Below, in pieces: positions 12,555 through 25,204 of a stretch of DNA of 64,000 nt. The notes under the pieces were generated by a model, which searched no databases, had not been told where the DNA came from, and was given only the letters and a program-made list of their open reading frames with translations. The stretch comes from Trichosphaerium sp. ATCC 40318 (Eukaryota > Protista > Tubulinea), in contig JALMLS010000048.1 of assembly GCA_038496445.1 (NCBI GenBank), positions 1 through 64,000 on the forward strand, written 5' to 3'. Positions within the stretch are counted from its first letter, which is position 1; each line of letters starts with the position of its first letter. Position numbers and translations under genes: made by a program.

Positions 12555-14965
12555 TTACTTCGCTTTCGGATTTAGCTTCTTCAGCTTTAGAGTCCTCTTT
12601 GGATTCATCTTTAGCTTCTTCTTTAGCTTCATCCTTAGCTTCTGCTTCGGCTTCTTTAGCCTCACCTTCAGCCTTGACTTCTCCCTTGTTTCCCTCAGCT
12701 TCAGGCTTAGCTTCTTCAGCATTCTTAGCAGCTTCCTCCTCAGCTTTTTTAGCAGCAGCCTCTTCTTCAGCCTTTTTAGCAACAGCTTCCTCTTCGGCCT
12801 TCTTAGCAGCAGCCTCTTCTTCAGCCTTCTTAGCAGCAGCTTCCTCTTCGGCTTTTTTTGCAGCAGCTTCCTCTTCAGCCTTCTTTGCAGCAGCTTCCTC
12901 TTCAGCTTTTTTTGCGGCAGCTTCTTCTTCAGCTTTCTTTGCAGCTTCTACTTTAGCCTGTTTAATCTCAGCATGTTTTGCAAGTACTTCTTCGTGTTTC
13001 TTTTTAGTTTCTTCTTTTTTCTCGGCTCTCTTATCTTCAATTTCTTTCTTTCTCGTTTCTACTATTTCCTCACACTTTCAAGAGTTAACACCCAAAAAAA
13101 GATGTTCTGGTTTACCTTTAATTTAAGTGCCGCGATTCCCTCTTTAGTCTCTGCAGTTAGCTCTACATCCTTAACAGTCTCTAGTGCACTAAAAACCTGA
13201 TTAGCTGCTAAGAAGTTTTTGGTTTTCGGCTAACTTTCGCGTAGTCGAGTGTCACTCTACGAAACAAAAAAATGTTTAAACGTACAGAGCAGCGCCACTC
13301 ATACCCCTCATTGATCCAAAATGTAATCTTGTAAACTCAACAGGTATATTAGATGATTTACTTGCTGGAACAGCGCCAGTCTCTTTTAGCTTTTCAATAA
13401 GCGATTTATACGATTTTATAGTCTTAATTGGTATCTGACGATCTACTCCCTTAACAGCAGTTGTATAAGCGAAGCGGGCCATAGGAATTACTTCTGCTTC
13501 TGGGCGTAATGGAGTACTAGGTCTCTTATTAAACCATAATTTAGCTTTGTCTAGATTATTATTCATCAAATGAGCAAAAATCATGTCTGTAACGATAAGT
13601 GCATCCATCGTTAAGTAAGATTTCTTATGCTTAGCTTGAGTATCTATAATCAACTTTTCAGCTGCATCTGCTTCCATTGTGAATATCTTTGTTTGTAAGT
13701 TCGAAGCAATACTCTCGATGTTGTCTTTGATATTAAAGTATTTTTTAATTTTGTTCAGTTGATTGAAATGTTCTAGGATTTGATCAGCCCTAGTTACTTC
13801 CTAAATATAACAGTTAAGCGTCATAAAAATACTGTCATATTTCCATCTAAATCAATGAAACAAGAATACAAAGCCGAGTCTGAGAATACAGCACTTGTTA
13901 CTTGTATAGTTTTTTTATATGTTGCAAAGAAAAAAAAAAATACCTTTTCTTCTTCTGCCTCTTCGCCGTCATCTTCTTCTTCTTCATCATCGTCCTCATC
14001 TTCATCTTCTTCCTCTTCTTCGTCTGCTTTTTTTTGTTTTTTTCTTCTTGAAGTGAGGAGTTCTGTACACAAAGCGTCAGTTACTTTTTTCTCTTTTTTT
14101 TTTTTTTGACTTTGATTACCTTTTTTCTCGTTTAACTCCTTATTATCAGCAAAGACTTTGATATTACGAAATTCCTGTGCTAATGAGCGTTCAATTTTAG
14201 CAATCATGTCTGCATTACGCTCAATGCGCATCCACCTTTCTCCAAGAGCTTCTATAGCGAGCTCTGGCGCGCTAAATATTACACGTTAGCGACTTGTGGT
14301 AGTACATAGGCGTTTGTACCCAAGCGCAAGGAAGTTTTCAATCGTTTTCATTAGAAATTGTGAGTAACCCCTCTTAGTGATTAATTCTCTGCTGTTATGG
14401 GCTTGAGCGTAAGTCCAAGCTTGTAGTGCCTCTTCAATGTTTCTGGTTTTTATGTGAGTTTCTACAACATAGTGCCTTAGTGCGTACGTCGCTTTGTTAA
14501 TGGCTAGCTGTACTACTCTTGAGTTTGGAGGTATGTTCTTCTTTTTGCAGTCTGGGTCAGCTAAAAACTGCTCCATGGCGGTTTTTATTTGTTCGAAACT
14601 CACCTACAATCATGTAAACGCGTTTGATACGTTTATAATTAAATAGTAGGTTCAAAAGCCGCGAAATGGAAGCGTACGTCTTTGGACCAATCCCGCTGTA
14701 GCTTTTGCACTAAATAACACTTGTAAGTATAATCTTCAAGTTTTTCGCATTTCTAGGTTATCTTACGTTCTTTTGCCTTCGCTTCATCATAATCTGGCAT
14801 ACCAGGGGTTGGTGCATTTGTGTTGAAGAGATCCGGGCGTATGTTTTGTTTCCATTTCTTCATCCTAAGCACAGTGCCAGTGCGATACGAGCGTTTTTGC
14901 ACCGAGGCACCCTGTCCCTTTTGTTTTGTTACACAAGACGCTCGATACGCCGTAAGACACCTCAT
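12555..14965 (-). CDS. Large helical protein of unknown function, possibly mitochondrial, with acidic tract and C-terminal KAEEEAAAK repeats
   Basis: Basic presequence-like start MRCLTAYRASCVTKQ. Consecutive minus-strand exons (14753-14965, 14286-14603, 13821-14231, 13276-13677). Apparent indel/stop errors near 14754 and ~12775. Confidence 0.6.
12716..12948 (-). repeat. Coding 27-nt tandem repeat (about 8 units) encoding KAEEEAAAK
   Basis: Repeated TTCCTCTTCRGCYTTYTTWGCAGCAGC on the + strand. Confidence 0.9.
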
Positions 14966-15032
14966 CTTTGTGTTTTGCAGGCGTATGTACACAATGGAAA
15001 AACTTTGAATTTGCTACTGGCTTTTTTTTAAA

Positions 15033-15848
15033 ATGAGTGGTTGGGTACCAATAGTAGCTACAACTATCGGAGGCTTTATTGCAGGCTATTTTGTTGCTTC
15101 AAACAAGGTTAACACAGCTTTGGAGCAAGAACGCATTAAAGTAGAACAAGCAGCCAATGACGAACGAGAGCGAACTCAACGAGAAGCGGCTGACAGGAAG
15201 AAACGCGCAGAGGAACGAAAAAAGCGACTTAGAAGTAAAGTGAAGGAACGTATACGCAAGGCGGAGGCAGAACATGATGAAGATGAAGATGAGGATGATC
15301 ATTACTTTCATAAAATGGTAAAAACCAAACATGTTAACTGACTACATTTCTAACAACATGTCAAGGTATTAGTCGTCAGAACAGACCTAAAAATGGGCAA
15401 AGGAAAGATTGCTGCTCAATGCGGTCATGCTACTCTTGGCGCGTACAAAATGGGCGTAGAGGCAGACTCAGTACACCTTGAGCGATGGGAACGCGGTGGT
15501 CAAGCTAAGATCGTATTGAGAGCCAGTGGAGAAGAGCTTTTGTGCGCTTTAACGAAATAATGTTTTTAAACGTTTTTTCTTTTGACCACGCTAATGTTAC
15601 GCAATTAGAGATAAAATAAAGCAAGCAGCAAAAGAAGCCAATATTCAAACTCATGAAGTGTTTGATGCCGGCCACACACAAGTTGAGAGCGGCTCACGCA
15701 CTGTTTTAGCTCTAGGACCAGGTTAGTTACGTTTTATTGGACTGCTTTTTTAAACCATTTTTTTTGATAAGTTCTTACTGTTGTTTTAGCACCAATTGAT
15801 AAGCTTGACGCTATTTGCAAGGTAAAATTCGGATTAAAGCTTATGTAA
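15033..15848 (+). CDS. PTH2: Peptidyl-tRNA hydrolase 2 with N-terminal membrane anchor
   Basis: [54 protein letters not shown]; 3 introns. Confidence 0.95.
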
Positions 15849-16699
15849 TCGTGCTTTTACACTGTTTTCAGTTTTGCAATCATTACAACATCAATGTTAT
15901 ACCTCCCATTCTATAGCACAGAAAATACTATGTACAATACACATACTACACAAGTTTACTCGGTCTGGTTGTAAGTAATCCACTGTTCAAGGTTGTGTTT
16001 GACAGGTCATTTTTTTCTAATGACGAAAACTTGAGATTTGATATCAAATTTTCAGTGACAGATACATTTTTTTGTTGCACTCTTCCAATGCTTGCTACAT
16101 ACTCCTACGATACTTTTCAGTATTATTAGTGAATCCCACAACTTTTTTTAAATCAGAAATTGTTTGAACAAAAGGCTGTTGTTGAGAATTTGTCAGTGGG
16201 TGCAGTGCAGGTTAATGCATAGAGTTAAGCTGTTACTTCGATTATTGATTATATCACACTTTGTTTGGACGAGAGGAAAACACTTCCCCAGGGTGGTCTC
16301 GTGGTATTTCTTCATGCGAAGATGCGAAGGGAGGTGGCACTGGTAGTGTGCATCCTATAATGAGTGTGTAATAACATTACAATGGACATGGCACCACTTT
16401 CGGGTCATGTCTTAGTTCATACCTCGCTAGCTGAACCAATATCACGTACCATAGAGATCTGGAAACACCATCGTGCTCTAAGCCCTAATACGGCTGTAGA
16501 GCACACCTAGCAGTTGACGCATTCACCCTTTTTACTTTTGACAATGGTAACAATATGTAAATCTTGTACTACAAACGCCATGTCAACTAATTGTAGTGGT
16601 TGTTGTATACAATACACCAGAAAATTGCACTTTTTTCAAAGTTAAAACAGTCTGCCACTTTTTTCGTTCGAAAAGAGCTAAGGCTGAAGTCATTCTTGT

Positions 16700-16761
16700 C
16701 CTACCGCTGTGTGCAACTTGATCATGTCCACCTACCGCTGTGTGCAACTTGATCATGTCCA
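16700..16761. repeat. Two exact 31-bp tandem copies CCTACCGCTGTGTGCAACTTGATCATGTCCA
   Basis: Read directly; lies ~90 bp upstream of the F-box gene ATG. Confidence 0.95.
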
Positions 16762-16850
16762 TTGGCTGTTAAGATAGTTCATTGACAAATTGCACATTTC
16801 CCTTGGTACATTTTTAACCACTTAACGCAGCTTACGTTCTCCAGGTGAAG

Positions 16851-17770
16851 ATGACAACGCCTAGAGCACCAAAACAAGCAAAGAACACGAATGAACACTA
16901 TTTCTCGTTTTTGGAATTACCATTAGAACTTTGCGTTTGTATCATGGAGTTTCTAGACGTAACAGCACTAAGTCGCCTGTCACAGGTTTGTTTCAGGCAA
17001 AAAAAAAAGTAAAACCTCGAAAAATAACTGTTTACTAGCTTAACACTCAATATTACGCCCTGGGATCATCAAACTTTATATGGCGTTCAATTCACCCAGA
17101 CCCACATAACAAACAACGTCTTGTTAATCTCCCAGCGCGTACAAATGACGAAACGTATCGATTACCCGGTTATTGGCGCTTTCGGTACTTTCTACATCAC
17201 ATAGAGATCAAAAACCGTTGTCACTATTGTGGAGTATACAAAAGACCATCTGGACGCGGATGGGGCCAACTGATGTCAAGGGTATTCGCAAAAAAGTTAT
17301 TGTGCAAAAACTGCTTTAATGACGTTGGCTGTGATTACATGACGAGAGTGGAAATAAAAGATTTGGTACAAGCCAACAAATCCAATTCCAAAAACCAAAC
17401 AATCTTTTTTGTCTCAGAAAAAGTTTTTTGGTTTTCTTGTCGTGAGTTGATTGCTGACACCTCTTGTTAGTATGGTATCACTACAGAAGATCTAGATACA
17501 GCAAATATACCTTGTAAAGTACATAAAGCAAAGAAGACACCTGGTAAAGAAGCCAAGATTATCGGTTATTATTATCGACATGCTGATGTTGCTCTGTTGG
17601 CAAAGTTGATTCTTGGACCAAAAGGTCTTCCTGAGTATATACCTCCGCCAATACCAAGTGACCTCCAACCTCTAAAACCTGTGGAACGTATAAGAATTGC
17701 TCCACCAGGAGCAAGGAGAAGTCCTAGGCTGAAGAACAAAGTTTCAATAGATTATGATATTTATCAATAA
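16851..17770 (+). CDS. F-box protein with CxxC...CxxC zinc finger (XPA-like), 2 introns
   Basis: FLELPLELCVCIMEFLDVTALSRLSQ is the F-box. Followed by CHYC...LCKNC and YMTRVEIKDL-YGITTEDL. Confidence 0.75.
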
Positions 17771-18085
17771 AAAAAATTTGTGAAGTATGCATTTTGATAC
17801 TCCTAAGCGAATCAAAATCCAAGAAAGGCAAACCTTGAGGTACGGCGATATGTAAGAAAACACATAGTTGAATCACCTTAAATGAACTATTATATCTTGC
17901 GAGTAGCAGTTATTTGAAGCTAGCAGTGAATTACATGCATACAAATGTAAAAAAATTAGTATACAGCCGGTTGATCTTGGTAATAGAGCCTATCTTATCT
18001 TTATATAATTACGTAAAGAATAGTCGAAATGTCATGAAGCTGTCAAACTGAATAGTAACTAGACTACTGATTGATTGGTATTAGT

Positions 18086-19495
18086 TCATTTAAATGATGC
18101 AAGATTTTTCTCAATCTTTGCTACACAACCCTGTATTATTTTTTGCTTGGCTTCTTTGTCCTTACCCATAACATGCCAAGGTCCAAGACAATCTAACGTT
18201 TCTAAAATCGTGTTGTATTTATCAAAATCCTTTAGTGTGTTTGGTGTAAGCAATCCAGCGTCATCTGCTTTTTTAATAAAAAGTTCTTTAAATCCACTAT
18301 CTTTTAATTCATCAAATCCATTATACCATTCATGGTATGCAGGAAACACACCTATAAAATATAATGAGAGAACTGAAATAAAGTGAAACTGGGTATGGTG
18401 TCCAGGCGTCTATGGCAAAAAACTGAAAGGCACTTTTTTTCGATATTGACACATTGTAGTTTTATGCATACCTGTCCATTCCCAATCTAAAAGTGCCGTT
18501 ATCTTATCATGTGAATCATTTACCATGATATTCCGCAGGTCAAAATCACCATGAAATAGAACCAAAGGCACATTAACGTCTACGTATTTCTCTATGTTAT
18601 CCACGAAATTTGTAACTTTAGGAATATATTCAATTAATTTATCTAAGCCCATTGTCGTTGCACATCTTGTGTACGAAACCAGGTATCCTTTTAAAAAATC
18701 TTTAAGATTATTATAAGGGCCCGGGGGTACTCCTGCGGTGTTTAAGAAGTCAAAGTAAGGACCTAAAATAGCATATTTCATAAGCAAAACGAAAATGCTA
18801 TTGAAAAAAAGCAACTTTAAAATATTCTTTGGACTGATTTCTGCTGAATACTGTACCTATTTTAACTGTGTTACTTTCTTGAATAAACCCACCAGATTCG
18901 TTAAATGTTTGGGTTTGGAGTTGTTTCAGTATTTCAACCATTTGATCGAGTATTTTATTTTTTTGTTCAAAAGTCATATCCTTCCACACATCTACTAAAC
19001 ATGTACCATCAACACGTGACATGACAATATATCTAAATCCAAAATCGTCTATACGTAACCAATATTTAGTAAAATTATATCACGTGACAGAAAATGTGAC
19101 AGCTAAATTCACTTGACCTGCGGATGAATCCCAAAATAATATTTTAGGCGTGGAAATGGTTGTTGCCTTTTGAACGTATTTGTATGCAGCCAGTTCTGCT
19201 TCTATTTTAGCTTCAGACCTGTATTTACAAGTAAGAAAACCAAATAATCACCAAAAACGATACCACGTGGCAGCGGATATGCGTATTGCGTAATTTTCAC
19301 CTTCGGAAAGAATTAAGTGATAGAAATGTTTGCAATCGTACCTGTGGTACTCTCCACTAGGTACACTTTATTGTTCCATCCTGTTGGTACCTCTTCAAAC
19401 GTTTTACACTTCTCGGTTAGACCATGCTTTTTAAATATCTTGTCAGCTTCTTCTTGACACAATGACAGGCCTTCGTGGTGAGGTGATGATGACAT
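18086..19495 (-). CDS. Aminoglycoside phosphotransferase / choline kinase (APH) family protein
   Basis: GWNNKVYLV loop, LVLFHGDFDLRNIMV (Brenner motif), ITALLDWEW; spliced. Confidence 0.9.
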
Positions 19496-19981
19496 GGATC
19501 TAGTTTTTAATCTTCTCTAAAAGATAGGATGTTTTGTATTACACAGTGACGTGGCAATGTTCAAGGTTATAACGGAGAAGATTATGGTATAATTCACTGA
19601 TTTCTTGCTTACATCCTCTGCAAATATTCTTACAAGTATTCTGACCATCCCTACTTTATTTAGGTATTGTACCACCCTATTGCTACAATACGCTTGGTCT
19701 ACTATGGAAAAACGATGGATTTTGGATGGCAAAAAAAGCCGTTAAGTTTTGTTTCGGTCAAATTATTACAACGAACAGAATATTGGCTTAAAACCTTGGT
19801 TGGTTCACCACCTATTCAAGCGTCATCTAAACAACCTAGGTTAACTAAAAGCATTTGCGATATGACGTGATTCTATATTCGGAATGAGTTGTCGCGTGGA
19901 GAGCAAAACAGGAAAGAAGGGTCGCGTGGAAAATCAAACACGAATTTACATTCAAGAGATAGCAACACCTTCATGCAAACG

Positions 19982-20574
19982 ATGGAGTACTTTAGGATTG
20001 GAATGCAGATATCATATTTACTCTTTTTGGCAGCAGTGACAATAATCCGTTCCCCTCATGAAAGAAAAAGTAAGAATGAGAAAGTTGTGCAGGGCAACAA
20101 AGGGTTTGTGGAAAAATGTTTGTTGGTTTCAGTTTCGATTGGCATGGGTGGACTCCCTCCTTTGAACATGATTTTCCCAAGCTTGCTTGAGTTCGCCAAT
20201 TACCCCGATTGTCCGGAAGCTGGGTTTACTGGTATTTGTTTAATGCCATTGTCTATGTGGCTGTTTTATAGATCACATAAAGACCTTGGTACGAACTGGA
20301 GTCCTTCACTTGAAATCCGAGAAAAGCACAGTCTTGTTACAGGCGGTGTATACAAGTATATCAGGCATCCAATGTATACCTCTATTTGGATATGGGCGAT
20401 TCTACAAGCGTTGGTACAACACAATTATATAGTGGGTTTCTCTGGTCTTGTGACATACGGAACATTGTACTTTCTTAGAGTAAATGAAGAAGAAAAAATG
20501 ATGTTAGCGAACTTTGGGATGAGTACAAGCAATACATGCAATCGTCAAAAAGATTGATACCTTATTTGTACTAG
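19982..20574 (+). CDS. ICMT/Ste14-family methyltransferase, copy 2 (complete; 1-nt indel near 20517)
   Basis: HKDLGTNWSPSLEIREKHSLVTGGVYKYIRHPMY...RVNEEEKMMLANFG; restoring one G gives DEYKQYMQSSKRLIPYLY*. Intronless. Confidence 0.9.
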
Positions 20575-20835
20575 ATAGTATTTGTGTCAACAAAATAAAC
20601 ATTGTAGCCCTATCACGTGATTCATATAAAATTTTTATAGATACAATATAAACTTGTTGTACGTCCTACACCTTATTGTTTTTAATCAAAGGGCTTTACC
20701 TTTGGTGTTGTAGTAAAAATTAACAGGTCTATGTGCCACTAAGTAAAATGTTGATTTTTCTTTAAAATGCGTTCCCACAACTTTCATTGAAAGTGTGTGC
20801 AATTTAATAACATTGACTATATGAAATACAATAAC

Positions 20836-21048
20836 ACGTTAAATGCATATCTTCGATGCTACACAACCTATGGAAGGCACCTGTCGCATGTGATACGAAA
20901 CAGTTGAGGATTGCTGATGTCGACACATTTTATGACAGTTTGCAATTGCTCAAGTCATACGCTTGGAGTTTCTATGTCTCAAAGTATATATGATGGGACA
21001 TAAGATACATGAATGCCAAATGATTAAAAGAGAAGCAGCAGCATTTAA
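20836..21048 (+). pseudogene. Internally deleted, decayed copy of the F-box gene at 23978-25000
   Basis: GTTAAATGCATATCTTCGATGCTAC matches the gene's 5' end (GTTAAACGCAGATCTTCAATGCTAC). It is joined directly to sequence matching the gene's last ~230 nt (...GGACATAAGATACATGAATGCCAAATGATTAAAAGAGAAGCAGCAGC). Confidence 0.8.
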
Positions 21049-21259
21049 ACAGTTTGTTAAACTAACACAGTCAATGTATCCTGTTTGCAATTGTGATTTT
21101 GGTGGCTGAAGTTTTGTTAATATTTGTTTCTAGTCGCTAGCAAGTTAATATTAAGTGATAGTAGACTACTTAAGTTGACTTTTATTTAACAATTCCACGT
21201 GATACAATTATTGACGTACAATATCAACAACCTGAACACGCGGAAGCTTAGGTAGCATA

Positions 21260-23701
21260 ATGGCAGAAAGTAACAGTGGAGAAGCTATTGCTGGCCTTCT
21301 TACAGAAGACAACATTGAACATGGTGATTTTTATACGGCAGACTCTAAAACAGTCAAAATTGAGAGTGATAACAGTTGGTGCTCGCTATCAATGTCTTTG
21401 GGCGAGTTATACTCAGAAGTCGTTCTACTTGTAAAGTAAGGATGTTTTTACGCTACAAGCGCTCACTAAACTATACTCTTCTGATATTAGGCTTGCTGGA
21501 CCAATTGTGCTGGCTTATTTCTTTCTAAAGATAATGGGAGTTGTAAATATCATACTGGTGGGTCATTTAGAAGAAGCAAAGAATAGTTATTCACATAATG
21601 AACATTTGCTATCTTCAAATGATACTCTACATGTAAACGGAACAGATTCAGAACCTGCCATGCTAGCTGCAGTGGGCTTGTCAGTGTATGCAGATTGTTT
21701 GTTATATGATATTTTTAAAGTACTGATTGTTCTCTAATGACAACTTCTAGGATGTGGTGTAATGTCACCGGGTTTTCTGTCATTATAGGATTGCTAACTG
21801 CAATGGATACACTTTGTTCTCAGCAGTTTGGCGCAAGTGAGTCCCCACAACTATCCGTTTTTTGTTTGTTTTTTGTTTTGAGTGATTTGACTGAAACTTA
21901 GGGAACTTCAAGGCAATAGGTGTCACTTTACAACGTAGTATGTTAGTTGTTTATGTATACAGTATTATTGTTGCTATTTTGTGGTACGTTTGTATGACAG
22001 TGCCCTGTTGAGCATTGCTTAGGCTTTGTTGTTGACTAACAATTCAGGTGTTTTTCTGAACGCTTTTTAAAATTAATCGGCCAAGACCCTGAAGTTGCTA
22101 GATATACTGGAATATACACAAAATGGATGATGCTAGGTACATAGTCAATCCTACTCCCAAGAAAGAACGGAAAAAAGACAATAAAAAAGCCCAGAATTCT
22201 TTTTGCTCACGTGTGGTTTTTAGGTTTGATTCCTTATGCTACTTTTGAAGCGCTTAGAAGATATCTACAAAACCAAAACATTGTATGGCCTATGGTCGTA
22301 TCAAGTGGTGTTGGTGCTGTATTTCATGGTATTTTCACATATGTTGTCATGTTTCCTTTAAAATTCGGATTCATTGCAGCACCTCTTGGCATGGTATGTA
22401 GTCTTAGAATTTGCGTGAATTCTCCAAGTGACCTTTTAGCATTGTCTATAAGAGTATGGTAACGGTATTTGCTTATTTATGCTTTGTTTAGAGTGTTGGG
22501 TTTTGTGTTGCTACATCTTGTCTGTTAGCATATATTTTGGTGACTGGGCTACACAAAATGACATGGGGAGGATTCACAAAAGAAGCTTTTTCTGATTTAC
22601 CACAATTCTTGAAACTAGCTGTTGCTGGCACCTTTATGACTTGCGGGGAATGGTACAATAGCCGATACTTAAATCACCAACATGTTTTAAAAATACAATT
22701 GCACAACATTTTTGATAAGTCTGTAGGTGGGCTTTTGAATTTAGCGCTCTACTTGCCGGGTACAGTACATTATGTTAAAAAGTCATAAATGCACTTGTCT
22801 AATAACAAATTATAGATGGGGAGGAACAAATATGCTGGCATCCTTTAATGTACAATAATGTTTAGAATTTGTTTTCTTTCTTGTACAAAAGCTTACAGCT
22901 GTTAGATTGTTCTTAGTATACTTTCAATGGCCTATCAAATACCATTGGGTATTTCTATTGGTGTTAATACACGTGTGGGAAATTTACTAGGTATGATTGA
23001 TTACCACTTTTATCGTCTGGGTTAACAGCTTGTTTAGGAGCAAATCAACCTAAAAAGGCTAAAAATGCAGCAATATACGCTTTGTGTATCACAATGGGAT
23101 TTGTTGCTATTGTTGTACTTTTATGTTTATCACTTAGAAACGTGTTACCCCGCATATTTACTGATGATCCACCTGTGGTGAAAGAAGTGTCAAGAACACT
23201 TCTCATAACAGCAATATTTATTATTGCCGACTATGGAAATGGAGTTATCTCTGGTATGCTTTCATACTTACATCAATATTTGTGTTTGTAGCTGCATATG
23301 ACCGTAGTGACGTTTTGACATTTTTTTCTTGAGGTATCATTCGGGGATGTGGGAGACAGCATCTTGGAGCAATTGCCAGCATGGTTTCATATTATTTTGT
23401 TGGGTTACCTGTATCAGCTATGCTTCTATTTTTGGGTCATATGGATAGCTTGGGTATGTTCACAGGTCTTACTGTTGCGGGTTGGTGTGTATTTATTGCA
23501 TTCTTTGTACTGGTATTCCGTATGGATTGGAAAAAAGTGAGTAATGTTTTAACAATTTTGATGAAGTTTCTAACTGCTTTGAAGCAAGCTGAAAAGGCAT
23601 TAGCACGTGCTTCAAAAGGTGATACACGTGAAGAGTATAAACACAGCATTCTAATTAATCAAGATGATGATGACATTGAGATACTTGCTCTTGATATTTA
23701 G
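21260..23701 (+). CDS. MATE multidrug/toxin extrusion transporter, intron-rich
   Basis: AMDTLCSQQFGA, LRRYLQNQNIVWP, FLKLAVAGTFMTCGEW, NTRVGNLLG-ANQPKKAK, GIIRGCGRQHLGA. Confidence 0.95.
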
Positions 23702-23977
23702 GTAATACAAGTTATATCAAAGCGCCATTCAAAGTACTGATAACTGTTTGCTTGTGTTCATGTATTCGTTCAAATGCCATCTTCATCTAAATAAACCGAG
23801 TTTATCAGATTACCATTTATTGCCCAACACATGATTGTTGTTGGTGTTAAAAAGTTATGTACATTAAAGAAACAAGCGTCAGCATCAATGAAGTAACCAA
23901 ATCGAGACAAAACATAACTTCGCACAACTTTCACGTGCTGTCTTAATAACGTTGACTTTTAATGATACTAATTTTAA

Positions 23978-25000
23978 ATGGAGTTAAACGCAGATCTTCA
24001 ATGCTACAACTCTGGAACAAGGAAGCCAGGATCAGTGATAATTTACTTATTACAAGATTATTTATCTCTACGAACACGTGCAGTGGCTTGTGCAGTGTGT
24101 CGAGATTGGCAAAACCTGTTATACGTAAAACCACAATTAATACTATCTCTTGAAGACCTCCTTACGCAAGAACGTGAATACCGAAACAACTCTTTGTGTA
24201 TAACATACAATTTTTCAGAAATACCTTCAAGATATGTGCCTAAACTACACCAACTTCTATTCAAGCATGTTGTAAAGTTAAGTCTTGATGTAGATCCATA
24301 TTTCAGAGTTCCTTACCTTTTACTCCTCTGTATGGCTCAATCGGATGGACAACCAAAAAGCTTGGTCCAATCATTATCATTAGACGACCTTTTACAGGCA
24401 ACAACACAACATCTGCAGTGGCTGCAGATTAGATGTTGGGAACCCAACCGAAACCCAAGCATATTCAGCGGTTTAACATGTGTTCCATTGACAAATCTTA
24501 TGCGAATAGATTTCTTTAAGCCATGTATTTCAAGTGTATATGAACTATTAGTAATATCCCCTCAAGTTGAATACATTAAAATAGAAGGAAGCCACAAAGT
24601 TCAAGCAACCTTTAAACAAGACAACATTGTATTTACAAACATAACAGCTCTATCAATGATTCTAAGCAATGTTGGCTCTGTCAAGGCTTGGATGTGGCTT
24701 TTTAAATCTATTCCAAACGTGCAAGAGTTCTATTTCAGAGGAGAAATGAGGGAGTATGGATACAAAAAAACCTACGGAGATCAATTGTCACCTGTGATCC
24801 TTGAAAATTGTAGATATTTAAGGATTGTTGAAGTCAACACATTTTTTAATAGTTTTAAATCCCTCCAGTCATTGCCATACTTGGAGCGTTTCAGTAGAAG
24901 ATATAGTGCGCATCTCTCTCCGTTTGGTCACATATATATGATTGGACATAAAATACATGAGCGACAAATGATTAAACGAAAGAGAAGCAGCAGCTTTTAA
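23978..25000 (+). CDS. Intronless F-box / degenerate LRR protein
   Basis: 340-aa ORF with F-box-like IIYLLQDYLSLRTRAVACAVCRDWQNL and LxxLxL-type segments. Confidence 0.7.
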   Translation: MELNADLQCYNSGTRKPGSVIIYLLQDYLSLRTRAVACAVCRDWQNLLYVKPQLILSLEDLLTQEREYRNNSLCITYNFSEIPSRYVPKLHQLLFKHVVKLSLDVDPYFRVPYLLLLCMAQSDGQPKSLVQSLSLDDLLQATTQHLQWLQIRCWEPNRNPSIFSGLTCVPLTNLMRIDFFKPCISSVYELLVISPQVEYIKIEGSHKVQATFKQDNIVFTNITALSMILSNVGSVKAWMWLFKSIPNVQEFYFRGEMREYGYKKTYGDQLSPVILENCRYLRIVEVNTFFNSFKSLQSLPYLERFSRRYSAHLSPFGHIYMIGHKIHERQMIKRKRSSSF

Positions 25001-25204
25001 ATTGTCTGATTTGCAAAAATAAAACTTATCCGGTTTGATGTTGTGACGTTTTTGCAGCGAGTTTCTATTTTGTTTTGTTACTGTGTTAATACTAGCTAGC
25101 AATAGTTTGAAATGCTAGCGAGAGCAGTTTCGTAGCATTATCAAAAAAGTCCCCACTTTTCAACTATCCTCAGAATTGAACACGTGATAGAGAAGGGTTG
25201 CAGA

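Noticed and set aside
12502-13200. Plus-strand ORFs rich in Phe/Ser/Ala (232 aa and 194 aa)
   Set aside because: Antisense shadows of the KAEEEAAAK repeat gene.
15900-16600. Exon-like fragments on the minus strand (similar fragments at ~32650-33070 and ~41100-41660)
   Set aside because: No consistent reading frame or recognisable motif; they may be decayed genes but are not supportable.
16700-16761. 31-bp direct repeat as a possible CRISPR array
   Set aside because: Only two adjacent copies, no spacer, eukaryotic context, no cas genes.
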